NCBI GenBank assembly: GCA_050575255.1
Contig: JBNZDD010013686.1
Span: 4,797,186 to 4,861,185 of the forward strand
Direction: 5' to 3'
DNA: 64,000 bases
DNA from: Harriotta raleighana
Taxonomy: Eukaryota
The notes under the pieces are model-generated. The model saw only the letters and a list, made by a program, of their open reading frames with translations. It had not been told where the DNA came from and did no database searches. The first letter of the stretch is position 1; each line of letters opens with the position of its first letter. Shown piece by piece: positions 1 to 36,966 of the stretch. A program made the translations under genes and the position numbers.

Positions 1-3000
1 TGTTCTGTAATGTTAACAAAGACTGTCATCAACCGGTACACTATATTCTGCATAGGATAAATGCATAATTGATACGAAAAGGCATTGTCATCTGCCACTC
101 ACCCATATCGTGTAAAGGTTGTTTTGCTGCTACATGAGTTGGTCACTTGAAGGAATATCTCATCTTTTCACTGTAAGATGTAGTTTTGCCATTCTTCTAT
201 TTCAAACCAATCAACTTTTACAGCAATAATTTCTTCTAGTCCATATGACTCCTAGAATTTGTTGAGTGAAAACAAAACAGCTGAACATGCCTACCTTGAG
301 ATCCAGTAAAGAATTGTACAGTGATTACTTTTAATCAAATCTGAGGCCAGACTTTCTCATGGTCTTTGCTCAAAGATGAAAAAATTATTTTATTTTTTTT
401 AAATTGTAGAAAATTCTTAAATTCAGTGTTTGTTTGGAAACTGGTTCTTTTTAAGGAATGGAGAACACTGGCTTTTAAATTAAGGTTGATTTTACGAATC
501 TCGCACAATGTTGATTAGAAAATAATGATCTAATGGCTAAAACCAAGAGAAATTTCAGGTCTCGTGTTCAAAGAATATTTTTTAGACAAACACAAGAATG
601 ATCAGATTTGGCTTCCTATATTCAAAACTTTTTTTTTAAAAAAAGCATTTTAATCCTTAAAACAATAAATCTATTTTGGAAACGAACATAAATTTGTGAA
701 TATTTTATTTTAAATGCTTTTTGTGATGATCAAAAATATATGTGTAGACAATGTCACATGGATTTCATCTTAAGGAGTTAAAGCTGAAACTTTGTTGTTT
801 CAGCGAATCTATTTTTTGCCTGTTTGTCATGTTGCTTGAGACTAACTATCAAATTCCAAGGAATAGTGGTCTCAGTTAATAAGCATTGAAGCTATATTTG
901 ACCACAGACTGTAGTCTCAGGAATCCTTGGAAAGGAAATTATAGGAGAAGGCTACATAGATTTTTTTTACTGTTTCACAACTGCCTTGTTATATAGACCT
1001 TTTACAATTCTGTACAGCTTTTAGAATCCTTTTCACATGATCATATAAAAGCATGGCTGCAAGCGATGCATAGCTAATGTTGTCGTAGTCGTCAAACGAT
1101 CCCCTGTGCAAAGTGAGACGAGTCATTTCCATTCAATACATTTTTACTCCATGCAAAATGTTCAAAGTCATTGTTTAAATTTAAATTGTCCCATTTGCTT
1201 GGAAGCTAGCTCTTGAAGAGCTTTTCTTTTGAGCTTGGAAAATAAATAGTTTGTGAAGATCCGAAAAGTAAAATGCGTTTATATTAAAAACATAGTAATG
1301 TCAACCAGATCAAGCTCTTGGGATCCCTCTGATTCTCAGCATTTGCTATGAGAGGAGGGGATTGGGGAGGGGTGGAATAGGGAGAGGTGAGGAGTTATTG
1401 CTTAGTCTTTTTTACTGAATCTTTTTAACGATTCTTCATAGTAGTCTCGAGACTACTCATGTCGGAAATCTGGCTCCACATCAGGCAAATTCTTTCTGTA
1501 CTTTTAATGTTGTCTACCTAGCCAATCCTTGTGCACCACTTTCTTAGGGAAGCCATAGGACACTTTTGGTCTAACATGTATTATAAAACACAGCAAAAGG
1601 ATTACTCATTTTAGCGAATAGTATATGATAGGCCTTTTTTTATTTTTTGGACATATCTTGCTAATTATTTACTTTAAATTGATTTTGTCTTTAAATGAAG
1701 GTAAAATGCTCATCTCCAACTTTTCTAAATCTTCGCCATTCGTATTTAAATCTGATTTTAATTGTTTCGAACAGATTCCATGTCTTTCAAATACCTTTGG
1801 CAGTTCACGTTGCTTGATTTTTTTTGAAGACGATCTCACACAAGTAATTTTTTTTTCCTCCTTTGTGGTTGTATTGAACTCAAACCACGGTAAATTAACA
1901 ATCACTGAAACCACCGTATGGTGTTTTGGAAAACCTTGATTTCCAAAACCAATCAAGATGAAACGATGCAGAGCAACATTACCGTGCGAATTTCTCAGAC
2001 ATTTGCGGCAGAAATTGATTGCCCAGAGTTTGCAATCGGTGAAGTTAGGAGATGCTCCACATTTGGTTATTGCAGAGGTTGACATTGACTGAGATAGGAT
2101 TGTGCGCTGCATGTTTCCCTTGGCTTCCCACTAAGTCTCAGGTGACTTTTGAAAGCCCTCTTTCAGTTCTCCTCTTGAGCTCAGCATTGTGGAAAAGCCC
2201 CATAGCTAAATTTATGTTCTGTGATACTGAACTTACAGCTGCACTTGAAGTAATTGACTGCCCCCCACCCCCCCGACTGCCCCCCACCCCCCCACTTAGA
2301 CTGCATCCTGGGTGCTCCACAAGTTCATTACAAATGCAGAGCTACATTTGCGCTGCTTGCTCACATCACTGTCAGGAAGGACACTGCACCCACAGTGAAA
2401 CACATGCTGGATGTTGATGTCCAGCCTTCGCCTTTCCTTTCCAGAGGTTTTCCCTTTAAATCTGAAGGCAAAACAAACAGTCTGCTTGACGAGTATCGTT
2501 TGGTTAAATCTTTTAAGATCTTTTTTTTTTGGCTGGTGTACAATGTATGCAGCGGATGCACATCATTGATCTGGAGTTCTACACTTCCTGTCTTCCTGCA
2601 GTCTTGTTGCTGGTACAAATCATGAGCCTTTTGTGCATCTGTTGTTTTAATGTTGCACTTTACATGGTACGGATAGTGAGGGTATGGGTTGAGAAGCCTA
2701 AGAGGGTGTTCCACTGATACCAAAGGTTTAGTGTGTGTGTATTTGTGGGGTTTTTTAAAATAAAAAATCACAATAATTGATGGGGAAAGAAGGGAAGGGC
2801 CTACACTGTTTGGTCATAAGTAGTCAAAGTCTCTATTCTCAATGCTTGCAGAAAATGTTTACCTTTAATTCTGGGGTTTGTGGATTGCACGACTCCCCTT
2901 TACACAGTCCACAAAGCCTATGCCCTGAACGGAAACAATATTCAAAGCCTTTGCAACCAGTCCTCCTGCTTCCAGAATACTAAACCAAGCATCTGATGTG

Positions 3001-6000
3001 GAGAAAAATTTCTGCAAACAAAACTTGTGCACAGTAATATGCAGTCAAACCTGTCTTCAGCAACTACTCACGTGACTGGGCTACAGTGGCCTTTATATAA
3101 GGTTGGCTTCTGAGTAAGAATATGTTGATGTTTTTGTTCCAATTTGGTATTTGCTGAATCAGAATGGTTGCTTGAACCAGTTTGACTGTAATTTGAATGA
3201 AATATGTAATCTGATTCAATTATCAGATCAGATTTATTCCAAGTGCATTGTTGAGATATTTTTGCCTAACATGACTTTTGAAATGACTTTATTTCTGAGC
3301 TAGCCATGATACACTTTTATTTTAATACTCCTCCCTCCACCACCCCAATTTTCAGTGAATGCTTTAGACTCGGAAGTCCTTGAGTACAGTGTGCTTTGTT
3401 CATTCATAGCGTTCATGGGATTATTTGGGATTTGTTTGGAGCTTCCTCTTTCAGTCTCCTATCTCCTCCAATCGAACCCACCTTTGTGGCTGAACAATTG
3501 GCCTATGGCCAATTATTGCCAATGAAGGTTGAAAATAGATTCATTCATTTCCTGAGAATTTGCCTGACATTGCACATCAAAGAATGAAATAGCATAACAA
3601 ATAACACATGTTACACTGAATTGACTCTGCTTACATCCAATATCTAATATTCAATTCAATTAACTAGCTGGGAGGATCTTGGAGGAATAGGTTTCTGAGA
3701 CACTTCCCACTGTGTGGAAGTGGCTTTCAATATCTGATGTGACTGGATCTGCAGGGTGAAATATCCCCTTGTGTTTATATTCAAACCCCATTCACCCTGC
3801 AGTAATTGTGGCCAAAGGTACTGTTTCAACATTACGTTCAGAGCATGTTCAAGTGGACTCATTGTCTTCAGTCAACGTACCTCAGTATAACACTGGACTC
3901 TTCAAATGTGGACGATTCAAAGGCCTTAATGCTTTCTTTTTTAAAAAAAAAGAAAGTCAAATCCTATTTTGTTGAATAGCACGCACTTTATTTGGGAATC
4001 CTAAGCAATTTGCTTTATTTTTCTTTAGGGCTGTGATCTTGAGTGAGAATGATACACTGTGGCTATTTAAAATAACACAGGGAGCTACGAATGTTGGATA
4101 ATTACACAGGTCATTCACTCCATTCAGACACATCTTGTTGTCCAAAGATTTTCTCTGTTTTTTTCTCTTTCGGAAGCTAGTCGACACACTGAATTTCCAG
4201 TGTTTCCATGGCAAGGCCCCTACATATCTTGCAATACCAATTCCATAGTGAAATCTTTAAATGATTCTTATCAAATGATTTTATTTACACAGGGTGTTTT
4301 TTTAAAAAAAATTAAGGGAGTTGTTTATACTGGGAGTTTATTTGTGCGGGAATTTGCTGTACGTATGTTTGGAAATCATTTATATTGTAAGAATTCCTTT
4401 AGATAATTGTAAATAAATTTGATGCTCTGTTAAAGTGTTGTCCTCTTTTTTGAAATATGAATTCTTTTACCAAAGAGCTTTTGATGAATTATGGCGGCCA
4501 TCCATAGTGATAAGAGTCTTTTGGACATCAATAAGATTAATCATTCATGTTCTTTTGAATGTCAATCCTGTTTATAAACCTGTAATTAATCAGCGCCTTG
4601 GGAAGTCCTTCCGATGTGAAAGGCGCAATACAACTGTAAGTTGTTGTAATTCTGACAATTTTCAAAAAACATTTGATTTACTCTTTTTAGGGAGATAAAC
4701 TATTTTTTCACTAAGTCTTCTGTTGCCTTTCTGGTGGGTGGGGGGGGGGGTGGGGGAGAGAAAATCTTAGGAGCAAGAATGCAGTGTTTTTGTTGTTGTT
4801 TTACTGTCCCTCAGAATCATTAAGTGCTTCGCGATTGCTAGCCCATGCAAAGGGTTGTTTATAAATGCAAGTTGTTATTGATCATGTAACTCTGTTACAT
4901 GAATCGATAGGCATTGGGTAACCAACAGCGTAAGCATTGTAGCAAAAACTGTGGTCACCCTAGTGCCATTTTACATCATGAATAACCACATTGGAGTGCA
5001 ACATGCTCTTGCGTTGTTGTCGTTGTAAACTGAAAGTCAATCTTAAAGCAAATTACAAATGTCACCTGATACCAGCTTACATGCCTTGCATGCTTCAACA
5101 CGTTTTCAGCTATTGGTTTGTTGGTTCTGCGAACCTTTGTTTTTTTTTTAAGCATTTCCTCAATTGACTAACTTTCTCTGCCTGGTTTCGCCATTTCAAT
5201 TGCCGTCCTCTGTCTCCAGCGAGTCTTTATCTGCTGCCTTTCATAGAATTTTAGGAGGAGACCATCATTTGGTGTGACTGTGCCAACTCTTTGAAAGAGC
5301 GACCAATTAGTCCCACCCCCCCACTCTTACCAATTGGGACAGGAAATTGACTTATTGAAGACGTAACAACTTTTATTTGGTTTGAAGTTCTTAAACCTTT
5401 ATTTTATCTTTATGCCTCCCTATTTTATCTGTTACAAATAAAGTTTTACCACATCCCTCTGCGATTCCTAAAAATCGCACAAGGAGAATCAGCATCACGT
5501 CGGAATGGACTGGATTCAAACCTTGGTGAAAAGATACCATCCGGTCCTCCTTAGTTATTTAAAGTGCTACCAACCTAAAGGTCGCTTGGATTACCAAGTG
5601 ATTTGGAAACTAAAGACATGTGAGTGCAATATTATTGCTCAGATGTAAGAAAAGTTAAGTGTTCAAAAATCTCCCATCAACACCCAGAAGAAATCATTTC
5701 ATTTGCTGTTAGTATTTTCAGCCATTGTTCCATTAAGATGACAAGTATGTGGTGTTTTGTTAGGTAAATTCCCGGAACAGCTGTTTCTGGGGAGACACAC
5801 GACACTGAGTGGAAAAATGCAGTATAAGATGTATCGTGTGATACTGTCATGAACAAGTTGTATACAGGCTTGCGATATTCACCCCCTAATTACTCATCAA
5901 TGTGCTTTGACGACAAATATTAATGGACTACTCCACATTTTAGTGCATCTTGTGTAGCCTTTGCTATCATTGCTGAAATGATGCTGTTGTACATCAAAAT

Positions 6001-6194
6001 ATTAAATCGGAAGCATTGTCGGTTGAGATGATCTGCAAACCCTTTAATTTGTAAATGGAAAATGCAGCTGAATCTCCTGAGGCAAGGAGACTGCATCTGT
6101 CTGATCAAGCTGTGTAAAATGGTTACACAGTGCCATACATATTCATCAAATCTTAGGTTTTTTCTGTGAAATTCAATAAACAAAATAAATGAAC

Positions 6195-6600
6195 TTGCAC
6201 TGTAATCCTGGTCCTCACATTCAAAGCCCCCCATGTCCTCTCCCCACCCTACATCCGCGGCCTCCTAAATTCCTACCAACCTGCCCGCCCCCACCGCTTA
6301 GCAGGCTCCGGCTTGTTCCATGTCCCCCAAACTGCCCATCATTGGCAGGCAATCCTTCAGCCACTCTACCCCCAACCTCTGGAACTCCACCCCGCAGTCC
6401 CTCCGCCTCGCCGCCTCCTTCATGTCCTGCCGCAAGATCCTCCCTCCTCTTCGACGGTCCCATTGGCCACTCCAAATCCCTCCCTTTCCCTCCAACTTCC
6501 CTGTTCCCAGCTCGGGTCTGAAACGATGATTGTCCTGCTCCTTGTAATGTCCTCATGACGTGAAAGTGCCATACAAGTGTCATTTTGTTGTTGTTGTTGC
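6195..6600 (+). mobile_element. L2-clade LINE 3' fragment
   Basis: Encodes SFSHSTPNLWNSTPQSLRLAAS (L2 ORF2 C-terminus type), followed by 3' UTR and a (ttg)n tail. Confidence 0.75.
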
Positions 6601-7118
6601 AATGAGAAGCACAGTTGTTCTATCAGAAAGGACAATTTGAATTCTGTCTGCTAACTTATAATTTCGTGATCAGCATGTGTGTAACATAATGTAAAAGTTT
6701 TTTGCCTCTATTTTCTTATAATGCAAGTTGTATAATAATAATGATCATTACATTTGTTACAGCAATTTATCACGTTGTCAGAGCAACTCAAAGCATGATT
6801 TTTTTGTGAAGTGGAGTGACTGTATTTGTAGGTAAACACTGCATATAATTTGCACATAGCAATGTCTTAGAAACAGCCATGAAATGGATGGCCAATGTCA
6901 TCTGGAATGATTGCTGGTTGGGACACCTGGAGAAACTCACTTTGCTTTTATTTTCTTTTTTAAATCCTTACATTTGATGTAGTGCTTTTCACGTCTTCTA
7001 GATCTTTGAAAGAGCTTTTCAAACATTGCTATGGGTTCTTTAATGTCTCGTCCAAAGGAGTCAACAATGGAGCTTATCCCCAGCATCAACATCAGAGTGT
7101 CACTGAGTTTGAAGTGCT

Positions 7119-7610
7119 GACAACAACAACAAAATTTCACTTGTATAGTGCCTTGCACGTCAGGAGGACGTCACAAGGCAATGGACACTCATTGTTTCAG
7201 ACCTGAGCTGGGGACGGGGAGGGTGGAGAGAAAGAGAGGAATTTGAGGTGACCAATGTGACTGTTGAAGAGGGGGTCTTGAGGCGGGACTTGAAGGAGGC
7301 TAGGGAGGGGGTCAAGGCAGAAGGACTGCAGGATGGAGTTCCAAAGCATGGGGCAGAGTGGCTGAAGTGGTGGATGTGGAGCCTGCTGAGTGGAGGGGGT
7401 GGGCAGGCTGGTAGTGGGTTAGGAGGTCCCAAGATAGGGTTGGGCGAAGCCGTGGAGTGCTTTGAATGTGAGGACCAGGCTCTTGTATTGGATCCTCTGG
7501 GTGATGGGTAGCTGATGGGAGTCGGCTGAGGATGGGGCAGATGGGGTCACGAAGCTTGGAGCAGTAGAGGCCACGGGCTACAGAGTTCTGTATTATCTGC
7601 AACCTACGGA
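7119..7610 (-). mobile_element. L2-clade LINE 3' fragment
   Basis: (caa)n tail on +; on - FSHSAP...SLASFKSRLKT; homologous to 6195-6600 in inverted orientation. Confidence 0.75.
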
Positions 7611-9049
7611 AGGAGAACAGGTGTTTGGACTCTTGCGATTCATTTACAATCTTGCAAATAGATAAAATGTGTGGGACAAGAAGGCTGAGAGAATTTGTGG
7701 AAGGTAAAATTGTTCCACTACCTCCTTACTTTAGAAATAATAATTTCCTCTTAAGGTGTCCTGTTAAGCAACCAGATACAATTGGAAACAAAAGTCTTTC
7801 TGAACATATCCAGTCTGCAGTCTCCATCGTGTGGTCAGACATGTACCAGCACTCATCCAGTCATCAAAGCCACCTGACAAAGTACAAAACATAAAGTCTG
7901 CATCCATTACCCTGCTTGTGGCTATGAAACAGATGAGGCTGAACAGTCTGACATGTTAATGTGGCAATTAACCAGCATTGTAAATGTATAATCTATAGTT
8001 GCAGATCAGCAAACTGACAAAGCAGCACTGAGAACATCATTTGAATGCTGTTGCTAATGGAAACAACTTGGGTTTGTTGTAGATTTTCCTCCTGTCCAGC
8101 ATATCTGTGATGAGATATCTTTACGCCCCTTTTGTGTTTGCGATAGCAGCTGCATAAAAATGTTAGTTCTGTTGACCCATTCATTGCTGTTAACTTGGAA
8201 TTCCTTGTTGTTTCTTGCTCGATAGATTCCAGTTTGCTTTTAATTTGTTCACTCGTGTTCGACACAAATTTTAACATTGTGTTTTTAGGGTACCCAACTC
8301 CTTGGCATTTCTTGGCATTTTAAGGCTGATTTACGTTTTACTGGTGCGCCACACACTGACATAATAATGTAAAGTGAAAATTGCATAAACTGGAGAACAA
8401 GTACTGCAGTAATGAACAGAAAGAGAGAGAAAAAGCGAGACGACAAAACATTGTGACCTTTTGAATACTTCTGGAAGGAAACAACCCAGAAAGCCTCCAA
8501 AGTTGTTTATGACATTCGTTTGTTGAGATCTTTTTTCAAAGTCACTTTTCTGAAATTCCGTTACTTGCTTTTGCAATGCAGATGGATATTCTAGAGTTGT
8601 GAGAAATCACAGCTCAGTGTTATGCTGAAATGGTGACTAATGTCATAATAATCCTTGCATTTGATATAGCTTGTACTCACGTCTTGACTTCTCAAAGCAC
8701 TCCAAAAGCAGAGCTAAAAGTGAAGATTGATACTGTTTAGATATCCTACAAGTGTAATTTGGTTGTTGTTGTTAGATTTACATGGAGAGGTTGAGAGTGA
8801 ATACCCTTGAACTCTTTAAGATTCAAAGAAAACACGTACGCACCGAGAAAAAGCTTTGCTTCAGGAGATATACAATGTGCTGAAATGCTCTTCAGTTGCC
8901 AAGCTGTTGAATTTTCCCAGTGGGAACTTGTCAAAATGCATCAATATGTTACTTGCAACAGTGGCAGGAATGGCTTGAAGCATTCTCAAATGCGTGGAGC
9001 AAAGTTTGACAGAACACTGTTTCTTTGAAATACCACTTTTTTTTAACCA

Positions 9050-9380
9050 TTATAATAATAATAATCCTTGCGTTTGATATAGCGATTTTTCACGTCTTCG
9101 AGACCTCTCAAAACGCTTCACAGAATAAATTGACTGTATAGTAAGGGCAAGTTCGTTGCTCCACATGCCTAATAATAATCCGTCCCCAAAAAAACTATAA
9201 TAAAAATTGATCATTTCAATCCACGACGGTGTGTGGGACGCTGCTGTGCTCATTTGGCTGCCGTGTTTCGCCCACAAATATACAGTCAATTCATTTCGCA
9301 GTATATTCTGTGAAGCGCTTTGAGACGTCTAGAAGATGTGAAAAGCGCTGCATCAAATGCAAGGATTATTATTATTATTT
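9050..9380. mobile_element. Two truncated SINE copies in opposite orientation upstream of the promoter
   Basis: Tail on - (about 9052-9145), core plus tail on + (about 9165-9380). Further truncated copies near 24665, 27075, 42025, 43610, 45540, 46460, 48655, 51265, 54760, 58025, 58125. Confidence 0.75.
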
Positions 9381-10010
9381 GTGCGCAAACAGTCGTGGGT
9401 AGAAATGACCAATTTATTATTACCCATTGAATAAAGCATGTATTTAGTGTTATAATTTACCAATGTGGTTGCTGATGGACATGAAAGCAACTTGGGGGGT
9501 GGGAGGGCATTGAGGTGCCAACAGTTAGGGAGTGTGAGGACAACGCATTGGAGCCCTCCAGCCTCTTGGAGGCAGCAGTTGTTTCGGCTGGAGGGAAGAG
9601 AGCGGCCAAGTGACCGATGCTATCCTGAGTTGCCAAGCTGCTCTTTGCTTCGGAGTCGCGCGGGGTTCGCTGGGAGTTGTAGTCCACCGCCGCTGATACC
9701 AGTACCCGTATCACGAAAGGGAAGTCCGTGGCAGCGGAGAGGACTACACCTCCCAGCGTGCGTTGCGCGGGCGAGCTGGCGTTTGATGCGTCTCTCCCAC
9801 CCCGCCCCGCCCCCCCCTCCCCACCACCACCACCTCACTTCTCCTGCGCGCGCTTGTCTACGTGTTGTCATTTGAGCTCGAGCGGGCGGTGACCGTTGGC
9901 AGTTGGGACCAAGTGACGGACGGTTGGTCTCTTGGACTCTCTCCCGGTCTCTCTCTCACACACACACACACGTACACTACACATACGAGACATCTCAGCG
10001 AGCGGACAGA

Positions 10011-34649
<24,639 letters not shown>

Positions 34650-35761
34650 CTCCCAGTGTAAAGAGTACCCCCTTGTTTTCTTTACAAGTTTATGCCAAGT
34701 CTTTTTTTGATTGTACAGTAAACTGAACGTCAGCTGGAGCCTTGGCAAGTGACACGTTTGTAAATTCTGTAGTCTGACTAATCGCAGTCAGCAGCTTTTA
34801 GATGAAATCATTCTTTGCTACAAAACAATTGTCATCTTGCAATGAGGATTGATTTGTTTTGGGAGTAGGAGGGAAGGTTCAGCTATTTTGAATGTGATGG
34901 TGAAATGAAACGCTGATCCATACAGAATAAAATATCACAGTGTCACTGATTGTAAAGTAAGTTCTTCAGATATCAGACTAGACAACCCTTCTCTGTTGTA
35001 GAATTTATTCAATCAGCACCTGTTACTTTGAACTAAGTGGGATGCCATAGCCATCCGCTGGAGGGAGCTGTTGGAATGCTCTCCTTTTGCTATGAGATTA
35101 ATGTAATATTTTTCCTGTTGTATTTTGTAGTCTGAAGAGTTTTCTCCACACTGAAGGAGAATAGACTTATTTGTATTAATGGTGTTTTAATTAGTACTGT
35201 ATAAATAGGGAATCTTAAAAAAATGCATAATATGCTTTTAAAGGCTGTGTAGATAATCTATTCAAAAATTGTTGTATTGATTTATTTTCTGCTTCAAGGA
35301 CATGCCCATTGACAATTAGTCTATCTAAGAATGAGAACTTATATAAAAGGTACATAATTCTTGACACAAGATGTTTACAACTGCACTACAAAATATATAT
35401 TATTTAAAGTATAAAATGTACCTGCAAATGTCTTGAAACTTAGTAATACAAAAGTATCCAAATTAGCAAAGTAAATAACATTAAAGTAAGATTGCTAAAA
35501 ACATATATGGATTTATATATAGTCAACAATTATATTTCACAGGAGGTCAATTAGCAATCATGTATAGGAAATAACTAATATACAGCTGACTTGCACTTGA
35601 AATACTACAGTATGAAGATATTTGCAAATTTTGGCTGTAAATATTTTGAGTTGAAAATTTTGGAGGAAACCAAATGTGTTTTTGTGCCAAACACTGAGGT
35701 ACTTGTACGTTTTTTGTTTTAACAAAATGCCAACTTTTGTGTGTCCTTCCTGTTGTTTATA

Positions 35762-36515
35762 CAGTAAAACCCCGTTTATCCGGCACCCACGGGACCTGGC
35801 CAGTGACAGTAAAACGTTTTTTTTTAAAAACTAATTTTTTTTAATTAAAAAATATTTTAACACATACCATATTAATAATAGACTAAATAATAAAAATATT
35901 CGATTAGTACATTATTATTTATACTTAACTTCGCAATTGCAGCACTGATTCGGAGGTAAAACAAAACGCGACTTTAAAAAGCAACAAGTTTAGACCTAAT
36001 GGCCAGCATACACACACAGACAGACCCTCAAAGATATTCATTCTGAATTCATCATATAAATTCTGTCCACAATCCTCACCCCCCCCACTTTCTTCTCTCC
36101 CCCTCAAACTCTCTCTCTCTGCATCAATCTGCCTGCCATTAATCTCTCTCTCTCTTGCTCCATTATGCTTTTCCCCCATCTCTCCCTTTCCCCCATCTCT
36201 CATTCGCCCCCTCCTCTCTCTTTCTCTGTCTCTCCAGCCTCTCTCTCTCTCCGTTTCCTCCATTCCCCCCTCCCCCCCGCTCTTCCTTCCCTCCCTCTCT
36301 GGCCGCTACCTGCAGCAGTATTTATTATGTATTCAGTACTTGACTTCCCAACAGCAGGCACTCATGCGAATGAGGTAAAAAAAAAAAGCGACTTTTAAAA
36401 GGACCCGGAACGAGTTTAGACCCGACATTAAATGCAACTTCGGGACTTTTTTTTTGAGATGGTGGTTGAACGGGTTTTCCGATTATTCGAGTCACGGATA
36501 AACGAGGTTTTACTG
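35762..36515. mobile_element. Non-autonomous Tc1/mariner (pogo/Tigger-like) MITE downstream of the TBC1D8B stop
   Basis: TA|cagtaaaaccccgtttatccg ... cggataaacgaggttttactg|TA; same TIRs as 31970-32368 but a different, CT-rich interior. Confidence 0.85.
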
Positions 36516-36582
36516 TATTACATTTCCTTCTATCTCTTCTTTCAGCCCCCTTCCCTCATCCTCTATCTAAAAGAATCTTTCA

Positions 36583-36592
36583 AATAAATAAA
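36583..36592 (+). terminator. Candidate distal poly(A) signal of TBC1D8B
   Basis: Overlapping AATAAATAAA; a proximal AATAAA also lies at 34926-34931. Usage cannot be shown from sequence. Confidence 0.4.
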
Positions 36593-36960
36593 TATTTCCA
36601 GTGCATACTTGTCACGGCTTCTTGTAAAAATAGAGATATTTTGTTGAATTTTAAAAAGTGATATTAAATGAGTCCTAGATTATAAATTATTGTGCTATTC
36701 ATATTGTGCAGTAGTTAACTAACTGTTCTCAACCCAATTCTCTGCTCTGTTACCTTTTATATTGTTATATGTATTTTAACCACTGACTCCTTTTTAATGT
36801 ATTTATGATAGTAACCTTTTTCTGATCAAGATATTGGAGGATGTATACCATTACAGCTAATTTTTTTAATTTGGAAGTGCGCTTGGTCTATTCTATTGTA
36901 GTTTGCACAGAAAGTAGAAGCCATCTAGGAGTAGATCGTTTGATAGTTGTGCAAAGATAA

Positions 36961-36966
36961 TTTATT
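36961..36966 (-). terminator. Candidate poly(A) signal of the CLOCK-family gene
   Basis: TTTATT on + (AATAAA on -), 2.4 kb past the stop; another at 37656-37661. Confidence 0.4.

Noticed and set aside
723-787. Possible C/D box snoRNA (GTGATGA ... CTGA)
   Set aside because: No convincing terminal stem, guide or host intron; such boxes occur by chance in AT-rich DNA
1669-2771. Minus-strand ORFs of 147 and 136 aa
   Set aside because: No recognisable domain or consistent splice structure
7780-8580. Possible decayed transposase or PHD-like remnant on the minus strand
   Set aside because: Only vague motifs broken by stops; needs blastx or an HMM search to support
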